Positions 13,860 to 27,200 of a stretch of 64,000 bases of DNA are shown in pieces. Made by a program: the position numbers and the translations under genes. Each line of letters begins with the position of its first letter. The first letter of the stretch is position 1. The notes below the pieces were generated by a model. The model was not told the DNA's origin. It made no database searches and was given only the letters and a program-made list of their open reading frames with translations. The stretch lies in NCBI GenBank assembly GCA_950097015.1, contig CATNEN010000003.1, positions 11,594,001 to 11,658,000 of the forward strand. Direction: 5' to 3'. The DNA comes from Macrostomum hystrix. Its lineage: Eukaryota; Animalia; Platyhelminthes.

Positions 13860-14280
13860 TCCGTCATTCTAGACGATCATTACCATTGTCATTCTAGACG
13901 GTCATATCTATTGTCATTCTAGTCGGTCATTACCATTGTCATTCTAGTCAGTCATTACCATTGTTATTCTAGTTGGTCATTACGCCTGTCATTCTAATTG
14001 GTCATTACGCCTGTCATTCTAGTCGGTCATTACCCCTGTCATTCTAGTTGGTCATTACCATTGTCATTCTAGTCGGTCATACCATTGTCATTCTAGTCGG
14101 TCATTACGCTTGTCATTCTTGTCGGTCATTACCATTGTCATTTTAGTCGGTCATTACCATTGACATTCTGGATGGTCATTATCCCGGTCATTCTAGACGT
14201 CATTACCCTGTCACTCTAGTCGGTCATTACCCTGTCACTCTAGTCGGTCATTACCCTGTCACTCTAGTCGGTCATTACCC
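13860..14280. repeat. ~25-bp minisatellite (gtcattctagtcggtcattaccatt) in PIAS A intron 2
   Basis: Visible tandem copies. Confidence 0.9.
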
Positions 14281-14301
14281 TCCTTCCAACCCATGCCGCA
14301 G

Positions 14302-14572
14302 GCCTCCTGTGAGCTGGAGTTTTCAATCAGTCGTCAACAGGCCGAGCTGGTGCTGGCCCACAGAAGTCGGGATCAGTCAACAAATCGAACCGAATACGGA
14401 GTCCAGATCCTGCTGCGCTGCTTCCGCTCCCAGGCGGGCAGTCAACCGGACGCGTTTCCGCCCGGCATCAGCGTGTCAGTGAATAGCCAAGCAGTGCTGA
14501 ACCTGCCGAGTCCTCTGCCCTGCCGACCTGGCTGCGACCCTGTTAGACCCGGCCGACCGGTCAATATTTCCT
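14302..14572 (+). CDS. PIAS: PIAS paralog A exon 3 (PINIT domain)
   Basis: Acceptor gcag|GCC and donor T|GTGAGG. Encodes EYGVQILLRCF...QPDAFPPGISVSVN...RPGRPVNIS (PINIT motif = PVNIS). Confidence 0.9.
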
Positions 14573-14799
14573 GTGAGGACCATGCGTCTCTTGGATGAGA
14601 TTCTGACGCTCGGGCTTCCATAGGGATTCTAGAGAGCTTGGATCCGTATTGTAGAGAGTTGGGATCGTGATTAATAAGGGAGTTGAGATCGGAATCGATC
14701 GGAAGTTGATTTTTTAAACAAGGAGTTTAATAATTATTATATTAAACATGTTAGTCTACGGGTGTTTAGCGATTTGGGATATGCAGAAAATTAGGATCT

Positions 14800-15060
14800 T
14801 CAGAGAGTTGGGATCAGGATTAGTAGTTAGTTGGGATCCCGATTTAAAAAAGGAGTTGGGATCGGGATAGAAGGTAGTTGGGATCCCGATTCAAAAAAGG
14901 AGTTGGGATCGGGATAGAAGGTAGTTGGGATCCCGATTCAAAAAAGGAGTTGGGATCGGGATAAAAAGGGAGTAGGGGTCGGGATTAAAAGGGAGTTGTG
15001 ATCGGAATTAGTAGGGAGTCGGGATTGGGATTAGTAGGGAGTTAGGATCGGAGTAGGGTT
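14800..15060. repeat. Degenerate repeat (ggagttgggatcgggat...) in PIAS A intron 3
   Basis: Visible degenerate tandem copies. Confidence 0.75.
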
Positions 15061-15140
15061 TAGATATTATTAATCTAATTTGATCCTCTTTATCGTGTTT
15101 ATCCATTTCCCAATATCCCCATTTCCCTCGCTAATCGAAG

Positions 15141-16468
15141 GTCTTTGTCGCCTGCCTGCGTCTTCCTCCCAAGGCGGCAACCGGATCCGAGTCAACTGGC
15201 TCCACCGAGCCACCGACACGGCCTACTGCGTGTCCGTCTCCCTCGCCAGGGCGGTGTCGGCCAGCGACCTCGCCAGCCGGCTGCTGACCTCCCCAGGCCG
15301 CGTTAGGCCGGCCAGTCAAACTGTGTGTCAAATTCGACAACTGCTGATTGGCGGCGAAGAGGACGACGATGACGCAATCGTTGCCATGACAACCATAACG
15401 GCTTCGCTGAAATGTCCTCTATCGTGCGCCCGCATCGAGCTGCCGGTTCGCGCCGATGATTGCCGGCACATTCAATGCTTCGACGCCAAGGCTTATTTGT
15501 TGATGAACGAACGGCGAGCCACCTGGCGATGTCCGTCCTGCGATCGGCCAGCACCCTATGCCAGCCTTCACGTCGATGCTCACTTCAGAGCCGTGCTAGC
15601 CGAAGCTCCGCTCGGCGTTGATGTTGTGCGCTTCCTTGACGATGGCACTTGGCAACCAGCCACAGCGAGCGCATCATCAGAACCAGCAGCAGCAGCGGCA
15701 GCATCAGAGGCAGCAGCTGCCGTGTCTTCTCGCCAATCCCATCAATTCGCATCTGAAAACTTCTCCAGTGTTGTCATTGACGACGACGAAGACAACGATG
15801 AAGAGGACGCGTCTGCGGCTAAGCGCCAGAAGATCAGCAATGCTGAAGACAACAGGCGCTCATGCCAGCCTTCTCAGCATCCCGATATCATCGTTGTGGA
15901 TCTGACAGCGGATGATTCCAACGATTCAAACTGCTCAGCGTCAGCTGGCACAGATTCGAACTCTGACAATCCCCAGTCAGTCAGTTTCACTATGTACAAT
16001 GATCCACCAATCAGTGCCGGTGTGATGGTAACCCCTGTTCAATCTCCCTTGTCATCGCCAACGCGCTCCACTTCTCAGACACCGTCGCCACCGCCTCGCA
16101 CGCCGGTTGAGAGGCGGCAGCAGCAGCAGCAGCAGAGGGCGTCATCTTCGAATTGCACGTTTCCGGCGCCAAACAGCTCCAACGGCTTTTTCATGTCGCA
16201 TGATTTGCCCACCTATCTGGGAAATTATCCCACTTTACCAGTTTATCAATCCATGCACAATTCTTCCTCGTCAGCGCATTCCACATTGCCATCTTCATCT
16301 TCTGGCAGCTCGTCTGCCGTGATGTTTCCATTTGGCTTGCCGTCAAATCTTGACTTGATGAGCGGCGGAGTCAGCGGAGGCGGAGCTGCTGCTAGCAACT
16401 CGGACAGTCGGGACAGCGGCGGCGGCAACAATTTATTTGACGGCTATGACGGATTGTTCTCGGTTTGA
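15141..16468 (+). CDS. PIAS: PIAS paralog A exon 4: end of PINIT, SP-RING (zf-MIZ), SIMs, S-rich tail; full protein ~1070 aa
   Basis: SLKCPLSCARIELPVRADDCRHIQCFDAKAYLLMNERRATWRCPSCD is an SP-RING. SIMs VVIDDDED and IIVVDLTADD are present. Acceptor gaag|GT at 15140/15141 is in frame. Confidence 0.93.
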
Positions 16469-17074
16469 TTGTTATCAATCAGAGAGGCATTGCTGTAAGG
16501 CAAATCGAACTGCAGTTGGATTTTCATGTCAATCCTCAAGTTTGGTGCCATTCTGTTTATTTCTTGTTCTCGCCTTGGCGACTCTCGCAATTGTAGAATC
16601 AACAAAAAAGGATTGTAAATCTGAATGCTTTCTAATTGCTCTTGCTGCTTTTTATCTGTTGCTCATAGAAGCCTATCACAATGTCCGCATGAGCGTTTTC
16701 TTGTATTCTGTCAGTTCTGTACCGTACATTCGCTACACACACGAGCACTGGCGGCTATGCTTTCTTGCTTTCTCTTTCTGAGCAAGTTTTCTTTGATTCA
16801 ACCTGTCAAAATATTGCCAGTACACTGCGATAACTGTAGCAGCTGTATTTTCTTCTGCTTAAGCCATCGATTTATTTACTGTTTGCACGTGATTGCCTCA
16901 ATTCCCCGCCTCTTTGTGCGAAAGTTTCCTGGGCCTGGTTTTGTAAGAGATAATAAAAAATATCCCACTTAAATAAAGCAAATATAAAGGAGTTATTTTG
17001 GATATTCATTGATCTCAATAACAAGCGTTTCAGCCCAATTTGTAACTCAAAATCCACCTTTGTAAACGCAAGAC

Positions 17075-17785
17075 CCCTGACCCCTCCTCACAAAATCTCT
17101 AACCCTAGCTGTACGTTCGTTGAACTGTGACCAACCTCCTGACCCCTCCTCACAAAATCTCTAACCCTAGCTGTACGGTCGTTGAACTGTGACCAACCTC
17201 CTGACCCCTCCTCACCAAATCTCTAACCCTAGATGTACATTCGTTGAACTGTGACCAACCTCCTGACCCCTCCTCACAAAATCTCTAACCCTAGATGTAC
17301 ATTCGTTGAACTGTGACCAACCTCCTGACCCCTCCTCACAAAATCTCTAACCCTAGATGTACATTCGTTGAACTGTGACCAACCTCCTGACCCCTCCTCA
17401 CAAAATCTCTAACCCTAGCTGTACGGTCGTTGAACTGTGACCAACCCCCTGACCCCTCCTCACAAAATCTCTAACCCTAGCTGTACGTTCGTTGAACTGT
17501 GACCAACCTCCTGACCCCTCCTCACAAAATCTCTAACCCTAGCTGTACGGTCGTTGAACTGTGACCAACCTCCTGACCCCTCCTCACCAAATCTCTAACC
17601 CTAGATGTACATTCGTTGAACTGTGACCAACCTCCTGACCCCTCCTCACAAAATCTCTAACCCTAGCTGTACGGTCGTTGAACTGTGACCAACCCCCTGA
17701 CCCCTCCTCACAAAATCTCTAACCCTAGCTGTACGGTCGTTGAACTGTGACCAACCTCCTGACCCCTCCTCACCAAATCTCTACC
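17075..17785. repeat. 62-bp minisatellite (cctgacccctcctcacaaaatctctaaccctagctgtacg.tcgttgaactgtgaccaacct)
   Basis: About 11 near-identical tandem copies. Confidence 0.95.
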
Positions 17786-18544
17786 CCCAAATGAACATTC
17801 TGAACGTAATACCCATGGCATCCAAACCCATTTAAAAGCAATGATACAGTTCAATATTATCTTATAAATACAAAAGGTTTTTTGTATCTTTTTCTGGTTC
17901 TTAATCTAATCTAATAACTTTTAGTCTAACTTACTCAAGTGGTCCCGATAATAATAGATTATTCTGAGCCTTGCATACTATCGATTTCTTACAAGCCGTC
18001 TTTCTGATCCATGTGTCCCTTGTGAAAATAACATGCTAAGATCTATAATTTACTGCAGATATTTTTAATACTATATTTTTAACCCACTGATTGATTGTGT
18101 AAAATGTACTTTTTTAATAATTCTTACAGGCAGGAACTGAGTTTTGTTGTTTCGGTAATTCCCTTGCTACGCTAACAAGTTGGTTGTTTCTTGTTGATTG
18201 TTTATTGCTTAATTTCCTGAATGTCTTTTGCGATACTCCTGTAAAATATCCGCCTTTCTACTCTTTTATCGAAGATTATATAATTATTGTAGCATGCTTA
18301 TTTATTTAAACTGTGTTGCGTACTGTATTGAAACATTGGATTGTCAAATTGTCTGCTAAAGACTAAATAACAGACTAGAGATTATTGTACGCAGTTCAGA
18401 CTAATAAATTAATAAAGTAACATAGTATGCACAATATATGCACTTTCCAGTGCCTCACTTTTGCACTAGAAGGAGCATCAAGAAAGCTGTGAACTTTTTT
18501 TCTGTTCTACACTGCTTTGCATTTTAATAGTAGCAATAGCTCAT

Positions 18545-19562
18545 CACCCCATTCCTCAGTCCAGTTCCTATACCCAAGTTCCTACCCCACTCCCCATTCC
18601 TCAGTCCAGTTCCTATCCCACTCCCCATTCCTCAGTCCAGTTCCTACCCCACTCCCCATTTTTCAGTCCAATTCCTACCCACTCCCCATTCCTCAGTCCT
18701 GTTCCTACTCCACTCCCCATTCCTCAGTCCAGTTCATACCACACTCCCCAGTTTTAAGTCCAATTCCTACCCACTCCCCAGTTTTAAGTCCAATTCCTAC
18801 CCACTCCCCATTCCTCAGTCCTGTTCCTACTCCACTCCCCATTCCTCAGTCCAGTTCCTACCCCACTCCCCATTTTTCAGTCCAATTCCTACCCACTCCC
18901 CATTCCTCAGTCCTGTTCCTACTCCACTCCCCATTCCTCAGTCCAGTTCATACCACACTCCCCAGTTTTAAGTCCAATTCCTACCACACTCCCCAGTTTT
19001 AAGTCCAATTCCTACCCACTCCCCATTCCTCAGTCCAGTTGCTACCCCACTCTCCATTCCTCAGTCCAGTTCCTACTCCACTCCCCATTCAACAGTCCAG
19101 TTGCTACCCCACTCTCCATTCCTCAGTCCAGTTCCTACCCCACTCCCCAGTTTTAAGTCCAATTCCTACCCACTCCCCATTCCTCAGTCCTGTTCCTACT
19201 CCACTCCCCATTCCTCAGTCCAGTTCCTACCCCACTCTCCATTCCTCAGTCCAGTTCCTACCCACTCTCCATTCCTCAGTCCTGTTCCTACCCCACTCTC
19301 CATTCCCCAGTCCAGTTCCTACCCCACTCTCCATTCCTCAGTCCAGTTCCTATCCCACTCTCCATTCCTCAGTCCAGTTGCTACCCCACTCTCCATTCCT
19401 CAGTCCAGTTCCTACCCCACTCTCCATTCCTCAGTCCAGTTCCTACCCCACTCCCCATTCCTCAGTCCAGTTCCTATCCCACTCCCCACTCCTCAGTCCA
19501 GTTCCTATCCCACTCCCGACTCCTCAGTCCAGTTCCTACCCCACTCCTCAGTCCAGTTCCAG
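18545..19562. repeat. ~31-bp minisatellite (cctcagtccagttcctaccccactccccatt)
   Basis: Visible tandem array. It explains the spurious PHSP/PLPIPQ ORFs. Confidence 0.95.
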
Positions 19563-19623
19563 TTTCATATTTTATTCACACAATCTGCAGCTTTTATCCC
19601 TCAATAATTTGCAGTCAAAGCAA

Positions 19624-19975
19624 ATGGTTGGCCAGAAAAAGAAGATTGACATCCAATGTCCTTTTTGCCAAGATCGGCTATTGAGTAGAAACGATCTTCA
19701 TCTTCATCTGACTGATCAGCATCCACAAGAGGCTCACAAACTGGATGATATAATGCGACTGCATCAGGCTAAAATGGAAGATAGCAAATTGTGCAGATAC
19801 TGTGACACATTAACTTCCAGCTTGACACTGCACTATAGACAGACCCACCCGAGTCAAACATTAAAGAAAGCTACCAGGGGTGAGAACTCTACAGGCAGAC
19901 GATTGGCTGCTAAAAGAATGCGAGAATTGCAAGACTGGATTGCAAACAATAGGCCTTTGCCACCTTATCCGCCTG
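19624..19975 (+). CDS. Exon with two C2H2 zinc fingers; putative first coding exon of PIAS paralog B
   Basis: C-x2-C-x12-H-x4-H (CPFCQDRLLSRNDLHLHLTDQH) and C-x2-C-x9-H-x4-H (CRYCDTLTSSLTLHYRQTH). Upstream acceptor tttgcag at 19614, ATG at 19624, and donor G|GTGAGA at 19975/19976 (phase 1) compatible with the next exon. Confidence 0.65.
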
Positions 19976-19989
19976 GTGAGACATGGATT

Positions 19990-20462
19990 ACTTAAGCTGA
20001 GTGTAGAGCGGGTCATGGGTTATCTAAGCTAGCTTTAGGGTGGGTCATGGATTATTTAAGCTGGGTGTAGAGTGGGTCATGGATTATTTAAGCTGGATGT
20101 AGAGTGGGTCATGGATTATTTAAGCTGGATGTAGAGTGGGTCATGGATTATCGAAGCTAGGTTTAGAGTTTGTCATGGATTATCGAAGCTAGGTTTAGAG
20201 TTTGTCATGGATTATCTAAGCTGGGTTTAGAGTGGCTCATGGATTATCTAAGCTGGGTTTAGAGTTTGTCATGGATTATCTAAGCTGGGTTTAGAGTGGC
20301 TCATGGATTATCTAAGCTGTGTTTAGAGTGGGTCATGGATTATCTAAGCTGCGTTTAGAGTGGGTCATGGATTATCTAAGCTGCGTTTAGAGTGGGTCAT
20401 GGATTGTTTAAGCTATGCTTAGAGTTTGTCATGGATTATCTAAGCTGGGTTTAAAGTGGGTC
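19990..20462. repeat. 32-bp minisatellite (ggtcatggattatctaagctgggtttagagtg) in PIAS B intron 1
   Basis: About 14 tandem copies. Confidence 0.93.
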
Positions 20463-20557
20463 GTCACAATAGTTTAGCATAATATATGTTTTCAAGTCCA
20501 TGCCCAGCTATACTACTTTCAGTATTACATATGGATCACAAACTCACAAATTAGCAG

Positions 20558-20898
20558 GAGCTACTCAACCCAACCGTTCACATCGCCCAGCAACCGTTGC
20601 TAAGCGATCGTCAGCCAGCAATCGATCTTCATCTTCATCAAAAACTGGACCAGCTGCTTCTCGGCCAGTTCATAAAAAATTCGCAGACGACAATGAGAAC
20701 AGCGACGTCGGAGGTTCGAATTTCGTGGCTCCGATGCCAAATTTCGACATCGGCGCCGCAGCTGCTGCCGCCAACGCTGTGGCTCACCCGGCTCTGGCAC
20801 CATCTGAGCTGACATTTTTTGAGCAGATTGCTACTCTACTGAAGCCAACCACTCTGCAGCCCAGTCGATGGCACGGCCATTTGCCGCATCAGCAAATG
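20558..20898 (+). CDS. PIAS: PIAS paralog B exon 2 (LTFFEQIATLLKPTTL)
   Basis: Tandem in-phase acceptors TAG/CAG/GAG at 20552-20560 and donor ATG|GTGCGT. The 3' part is homologous to paralog A exon 2. Confidence 0.8.
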
Positions 20899-21300
20899 GT
20901 GCGTTTGGTGTACTTTTAGTGTCTGTATTTATCTGGTCATTGGCAGCTGAGAACTTTTCACTGAGCGGTCGGCAGTTCGAATCTGTGACAAAGGAAAACA
21001 GTTTGAGCGATGGAGCAAGACGTTTTAGCGTATTCCCCGTTGCTTCATTTCACCCAGCTGTGAAATAGGTGTTAGCATTTGTTGGTGTTCAAATATAGGT
21101 GGATGTCCACGGACACAACAGCTGAACTGTTCTTAGATGCGACAATCAATGGCTTCAGCTGTGCCACATGTAGTCTATTGGTACATCTGTACAGAACAGG
21201 CAGTCTATTATATGTGTACAGAACAGGTCACGTGATTCAGTGACGTGGCTGCCTATCCAAGGGTTCCAAACCTGTCTGACAATGGCCCCTGTTTCCCTAG

Positions 21301-21571
21301 GCAACCTTCGACCTGGAGTTCAGCTTGACCACTCAGCAGGCCGAGTGTGTCGCCCTCAGCCGCAAACGCGATCCAGTCTCCGGTCGAACCGAGTTCGGCG
21401 TCCAAATCCTGCTGAGATGCTTTCGAGCCGAGGCTGGACCACAGTCGGACTCGTTTCCTTCCACTGTCAGCTTCTCCGTGAACAGCATACCGGTGCTGGG
21501 TCTGCCGGATCCGTTGCCATGCCGACCAGGTGCTGAGGCTGTTAGGCCCGGCGTTCCTGTTGATATCTCCA
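21301..21571 (+). CDS. PIAS: PIAS paralog B exon 3 (PINIT)
   Basis: Acceptor tttccctag|GCA and donor A|GTGAGA. It is 271 bp, the same length as paralog A exon 3. Encodes EFGVQILLRCF...RPGVPVDIS. Confidence 0.9.
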
Positions 21572-21962
21572 GTGAGATTCTTATGCGTGCTTTCGACTCT
21601 TTGTTTCTATTTTTAGCTGCATTCTACAAGCACCCACACCACTCCACTACTCATTCGTCAACTCTTGCATCTCACTCTGATTGGTCGATTCTTTAGCCCC
21701 TCCTCACTCCACTTCTCAGCTCTTGGCTAGCCATTTCATCCACCCCACACCTCTGTACATTTGTCAATTTTCATCAACTCCACATCCCCGCCCGCTCATT
21801 GGTCGGCTGTTTTACCCCAAACTCCAACTCGATGCTCTCTTATTGGTCAGCTCTTTCACCCTCCCGGAACTCTCGAACCTTTGCACTATCTCGAATACGG
21901 TTGCTGATCAACTCAGTAAATATTTTCCTATCTTTGCCACCTCTACAAATCGCATCCGCGAG

Positions 21963-22650
21963 GTCTTTGTCGCGTCGGCAACTCGGCAATCAATCGCATT
22001 CGCACCTGCTGGCAATACCGACCTTGGGGCACCGGTCACTGCCTGTCAGTCAGCTTGGCTAGAGTTCTCACACCGACTCAGCTAATCCAGCGCATGCTTT
22101 CCAACTACGACAAAATCTGCTCCGAAGATCAAAGCCGGCGTCAGATACGTCAATTGTTGCTAGGCGACAATAGTAACGACAATAATAACAATATGGACGA
22201 TGCTAGCAACGGCGCCGAAGTTGAAGCTACGGTTGCCATGACAACGCTAACCGCTTCGCTACGCTGTCCGCTGAGTCGATCGAGAATAGAGCTGCCGATT
22301 CGTTCAAACGATTGTCGCCACATCCAGTGCTTCGATGCCAGAAGCTATTTAGTTATGAACGAGCGAAAGCCTACCTGGAAGTGTCCGTGCTGTGACAAGT
22401 CCGCCCCGTTTGCCAGTCTGCGAGTTGACGCTCTCTACCAGTCTGTACTAGCCGATGCGCCACTCACTGTTGAAGTTGTTCAATTCCTGGACAATGGCTC
22501 CTGGAAGCCGATGGATTCCAGTGACACCGCTGCCAGATCTGCCAGCTCCGGCACAGCCGCTGTCATTGAACTGGACGATGACGAAACACCGGTTGAAGCT
22601 CCCAAAAGAAAGAAGAGCAAGCAGAGTGCGCCTTGTTTGAAACCACCTGG

Positions 22651-22685
<35 letters not shown>

Positions 22686-22753
22686 AGCGCCGTGCTCAGT
22701 CTCAGCAGTCAGACCCAATCACAGTAGTTGATCTCACAGCCGATTCAGATTAA
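21963..22753 (+). CDS. PIAS: PIAS paralog B exon 4: SP-RING and SIMs; full protein ~584 aa
   Basis: SLRCPLSRSRIELPIRSNDCRHIQCFDARSYLVMNERKPTWKCPCCD is an SP-RING. SIMs VIELDDDE and terminal ITVVDLTADSD*. The acceptor is at the same position as in paralog A (ag|GTCTTTGTCG). Confidence 0.92.
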
Positions 22754-23402
22754 TCTCAGCTTGTACCTGTGCCAATCCACATCATCATTGAAGAGTTGGA
22801 TCAATGCAATCGTCTACAGTCGCACCTGTCAGCCCAGATTATTAACAAATTCTCCGGCTTTTAGTTTCAACTAAATTCTCGAATAATAGAATAGAATAGA
22901 AGTGACTCATTGTCTATGGCCGAAGCCAAAATGAATGCAATGCAATGGCAAACTATTGATTATTAACATACTATTTTGCATTTCCTTACTAATAGCATCA
23001 ATTGATCTTTCTGTTCTCTTAATGTAGCCGCTTGCCTGTAATTTCATTCTATGCGTATGGTATTATTTGTGCTCAAGGCTATTGCAGACTATATTGTACA
23101 ACTTTAACTATAAATATACCATGTACAATTATCACAATGTAATCAGCAGTTGCTTGTCGCTTCAGTTTTTCTGCAAAGAAGCAGCAGTTCTCTGACATAT
23201 TTAAAGCAGGCAATGAGGATTTTCAGAACAAATTCTTGCGACACCATCCAGACAACTCTACTCTTGAGTAGTGTGTAACGAAACTGCGTGCTAAAAAGGC
23301 AAACCGAGTTAAAAATAATCAGCAGATGACCTTAATGAAACAATTTTTTTTTTGTGATAATTATTGACCAAGTTGACACGAATAGATAACAAAACATGAC
23401 AT

Positions 23403-24039
23403 AGCTGTGTACATGTGCTAGCTGAGTGTATGTTACAGGAGCTGCGTACATGTGCTAGCTGAGTGTGTGTTACAGGAGCTGCGTGCATGTGCTAGCTGAG
23501 TGTGTGTTACAGGAGCTGTGTACATGTGCTAGCTGAGTGTGTGTTACAGGAGCTGTGTACATGTGCTAGCTGAGTGTGTGTTACAGGAGCTGCGTACATG
23601 TGCTAGCTGAGTGTGTGTTACAGGAGCTGTGTACATGTGCTAGCTGAGTGTGTGTTACAGGAGCTGTGTACATGTGCTAGCTGAGTGTGTGTTACAGGAG
23701 CTGCGTACATGTGCTAGCTGAGTGTGTGTTACAGGAGCTGTGTACATGTGCTAGCTGAGTGTGTGTTACAGGAGCTGTGTACATGTGCTAGCTGAGTGTG
23801 TGTTACAGGAGCTGCGTACATGTGCTAGCTGAGTGTGTGTTACAGGAGCTGTGTACATGTGCTAGCTGAGTGTGTGTTACAGGAGCTGTGTACATGTGCT
23901 AGCTGAGTGTGTGTTACAGGAGCTGTGTACATGTGCTAGCTGAGTGTGTGTTACAGGAGCTGTGTACATGTGCTAGCTGAGTGTGTGTTACAGGAGCTGT
24001 GTACATGTGCTAGCTGAGTGTGTGTTACAGGAGCTGTGT
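23403..24039. repeat. 37-bp minisatellite (gagctgtgtacatgtgctagctgagtgtgtgttacag)
   Basis: About 17 near-perfect copies. Confidence 0.96.
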
Positions 24040-24227
24040 CATAGAAAGTAGGTTATAGGATAGCATGACTGTACAGACTGCCATATTATAAGCTCTGATA
24101 CATGAGTGTACTAGATAATCTGATCTCATGCTAGAAATGGACCTGTCCACAAGCAAGCAAACTGATCTCAAAAGCAAAATAAATGTTGAGTCGAGCCATT
24201 AAAAACAGTTGAAAAAAGAAGTGAGAA

Positions 24228-27200
24228 AAACTGCTCAAACCTGCTGGACGGAGTAGGGTCGATATGCGGCCCTTGGCAACCGAGGCCAACACGGGGACTG
24301 GAATGGACTGCGCGGAGACGACACTAGGGGAAGGCAGAGGCTGCATTGAGAACAGATGAGCACAACTTGTCTAGCTCTGTGAACGCCAATTGAGCTGTCA
24401 AAGCCTTCAATTCAATGAGTTCAGTTCATCGCTGCATACAGCTTCACTTATTAGCATTGTGCTCAGCTTCCCATCGGGTAGCAACACAAGATGCGAAAGA
24501 ATGTGGGAAGATGGGGCTGAATGCGGGAAGATGAGGCTGAATGCGGGAAGGTGGGACTGAATGTGGGAAGATGGGGCTGAATGTGGGAAGATGAGGCTGA
24601 ATGCGGGGAGATGGGACTGAATGTGGGAAGATGCAACTGAATGGGGGAAGATGGGACAGAATGTGGGAAGATGGGACAGAATGTGGGACGATGGGACAGA
24701 ATGTGCATGGTAACATGGGACAGAATGTGGGACGATGGGACAGAATGTGGGACGACGGGACTGAATGTGGGAAGGTGGGAATGAATGTGGGAAGAAGGGA
24801 CAGAATGTGGGAAGATGGGACAGTATGTGGGAAGATGGGACAGAATGTGGGACGATGGGACAGAAGGTCGGAAGACGGGAATGAATGTGGGAAGAAGGGA
24901 CAGAATGTGGGACGATGGGACTGAATGTGGGAAGAAGGGACAGAATGTGGGAAGATAGGACAGAATGTAGGGAAGATGAAAATGAATGTGGCAAGAAGGG
25001 ACAGAATGTGGGAAGATGGGACAATGTGGGAAGATGGGACAGAATGTGGGAAGATGGGGTAGAATGTGGGAAGATGGGATGTGAGAAATTGTATTGAACT
25101 GAGGAGATAAGACAGATTGCTCATCCATTAATCATACTTTCAGCAAAACATACAATATTTTTAAAGCTACTAAAAGTAGACTAAAGGTGCATGATATCTT
25201 TCATACCGCAAGACTTTAAAAAGTATAATTTCATTATTTTTCTTCAAGCAAAATAGTACAATTAAATGCAGATATACATCAGATACATGAGTATTACCTG
25301 TTATTATGAAAAATAATAAGGATAATCGGCAGTGTCACATATGTAGCTTAAAACATTTGTTTGCCTATGGCTTTCTTTTAGCGATAATGGAGACGAATTT
25401 AACGCAATGAAGCCAATAATATAAGATTTATATTCTTCTGCGCATTGTCATTCTTCCTCGCAGAAAGTTTCTGGGCTTCTGGGGCCCGAGGTTGGGACAG
25501 AATGTGGGTTGGCGTCTAAATGCCATGGCAACAAAGATAGTAGAGGCAGAGACTGCGGTCCGTCCCCTCAGTGTCTCGTCAATGCGGAGGGAGGTGGGTA
25601 TGTGAGTAGTAGCCACGTGCTTGGCGCCTTTGCCTCTGTGTGGGGAGGGAGGTGGGTGCGGCGGCCCCACCCAGGCTGGCCATCAAAAACCTAGTCCCCC
25701 TAGTTACCGTGTCTCAAGTTAATTGAGCTCAACTCGATTCTTGAGTAGCAGAATAAAACCTGCTAGAGGGAGGAGGTCAATGTGCGGCCCTTGGCAACCG
25801 AGACCAACTCGGGGACTGGAATGGACTGCGCGGAGACGAAAGTAGGGGAAGGCAGAGGCTGGGTTGAGAATAGATGAGCACATATTTTATTTCTCTCTCT
25901 GACCGCTCATTGTGCTGTCGAATGCCTTCATTTCACTGAGTATTGTTAGCGACTCATTGCCGTATGCAGCCTGATTTATTGCCACTGTGCTCAGCTACTC
26001 AACTGTGCTCAACTCGCTATAGAAGCAGACTGCAGCTTTTCATCGGGTAGCAACACAGCCTCTCGCTGCCTGATATGCGGAGTGCACTGCTCAGCCTGCT
26101 CAGACCTTCGAGTGCGCCGCATCAGGGGAGGCTGGGGTGGGATGCCGCGACTGCTCACAGTGTGCTCATATGCCCTTTGAGCACAGAGTCTCTGGTAGCT
26201 AGCGCTCGTTTTCTAAAGATTTTTAATGCTCAGAATGCAAAAATGTCGCTAATGCTTTCTTGTTACAAGCCAGTTTAAAAAGCTTTTAAGCAGCAGCAAC
26301 TCAGAAACTTCTGGCACTTTGAGCACAGTTCCTAAGCCTGATTGAGAGATCACGATCCCAGAAATATTATGGTTTGAGTAGCGTTTTGGAATTTGTGGAT
26401 TCAGTATTGTGAGTTAAAGATTGTGGATTTAGAATTGTTGATTTAGGATTCAGTATTCAGGGTTCTGGATTCAGGACTGTGGGTTCAGGACTGTGGGTTC
26501 AGGACTGTGGGTTCAGGACTGTGGGTTCAGGACTCAGGGTTCAGGATTCGGGTCTCTCGCCCAACTTTCAGATCGAGTTCTGTTTCTGAATCTGTTTCGG
26601 GATCAGCAACCTTTTGTTTTCCGTTCAGAATTGGATTGGGATCAAATTTGAGACAGCCGTGAAGCTGATTCACCCCCTCATCTCTCTCTGCTTCTCCCCT
26701 CACATCTGTCTGTTTCTCCCCTCAACTCTGTCTGTTTCTCCCCTCAAATCTGTCTGTTTCTCCCCTGATAAATCAATCTGATCTCATGGCAGATAAGGAC
26801 CTGATTAGGGCCATAGAAAACTCAGAATGTAGTGGTATGTCAAAGAATCCTAGAGCTGAGCACAGCATTGAGAATGTTGAGTCGGGCCACAAAAAGCAGC
26901 TCAAAACAGTAGCTGAAGAGGCAGATAAATGAATTAGCTGTGAGCAGAAAACGAAGCTGTTGATAACATGAGCACACTCAGTATCTGGGCGCCAACCCAG
27001 CACAGCAATGAGACCCTCCCGCAGGTAAAAACGCAGCCAAAGGACGCCAGTCAAGCGGGCCAGACTGAGAGCTCGAGGCCGAGTGCAAAACTGCTCAAAC
27101 CTGCTGGAGGGAGGAGGTCGACATGCGGCCCTTGGCAACCGAGACCAACTCGGGGACTGGAATAGACTGCGCGGAGACGAGAGTAGGGGAAGGAAGAGGC

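Noticed and set aside
17075-17785. Interstitial telomeric repeat (ctaaccct)
   Set aside because: There is only one partial telomere-like motif per 62-bp unit and no (TTAGGG)n run.
18517-19607. Pro/Ser-rich ORFs upstream of the zinc-finger exon
   Set aside because: Translation of a 31-bp minisatellite. A splice acceptor at 19614 separates it from the real exon.
24407-25128. PHSVPSSHIL-repeat ORFs
   Set aside because: Translation of a 20-bp minisatellite, open in several frames.
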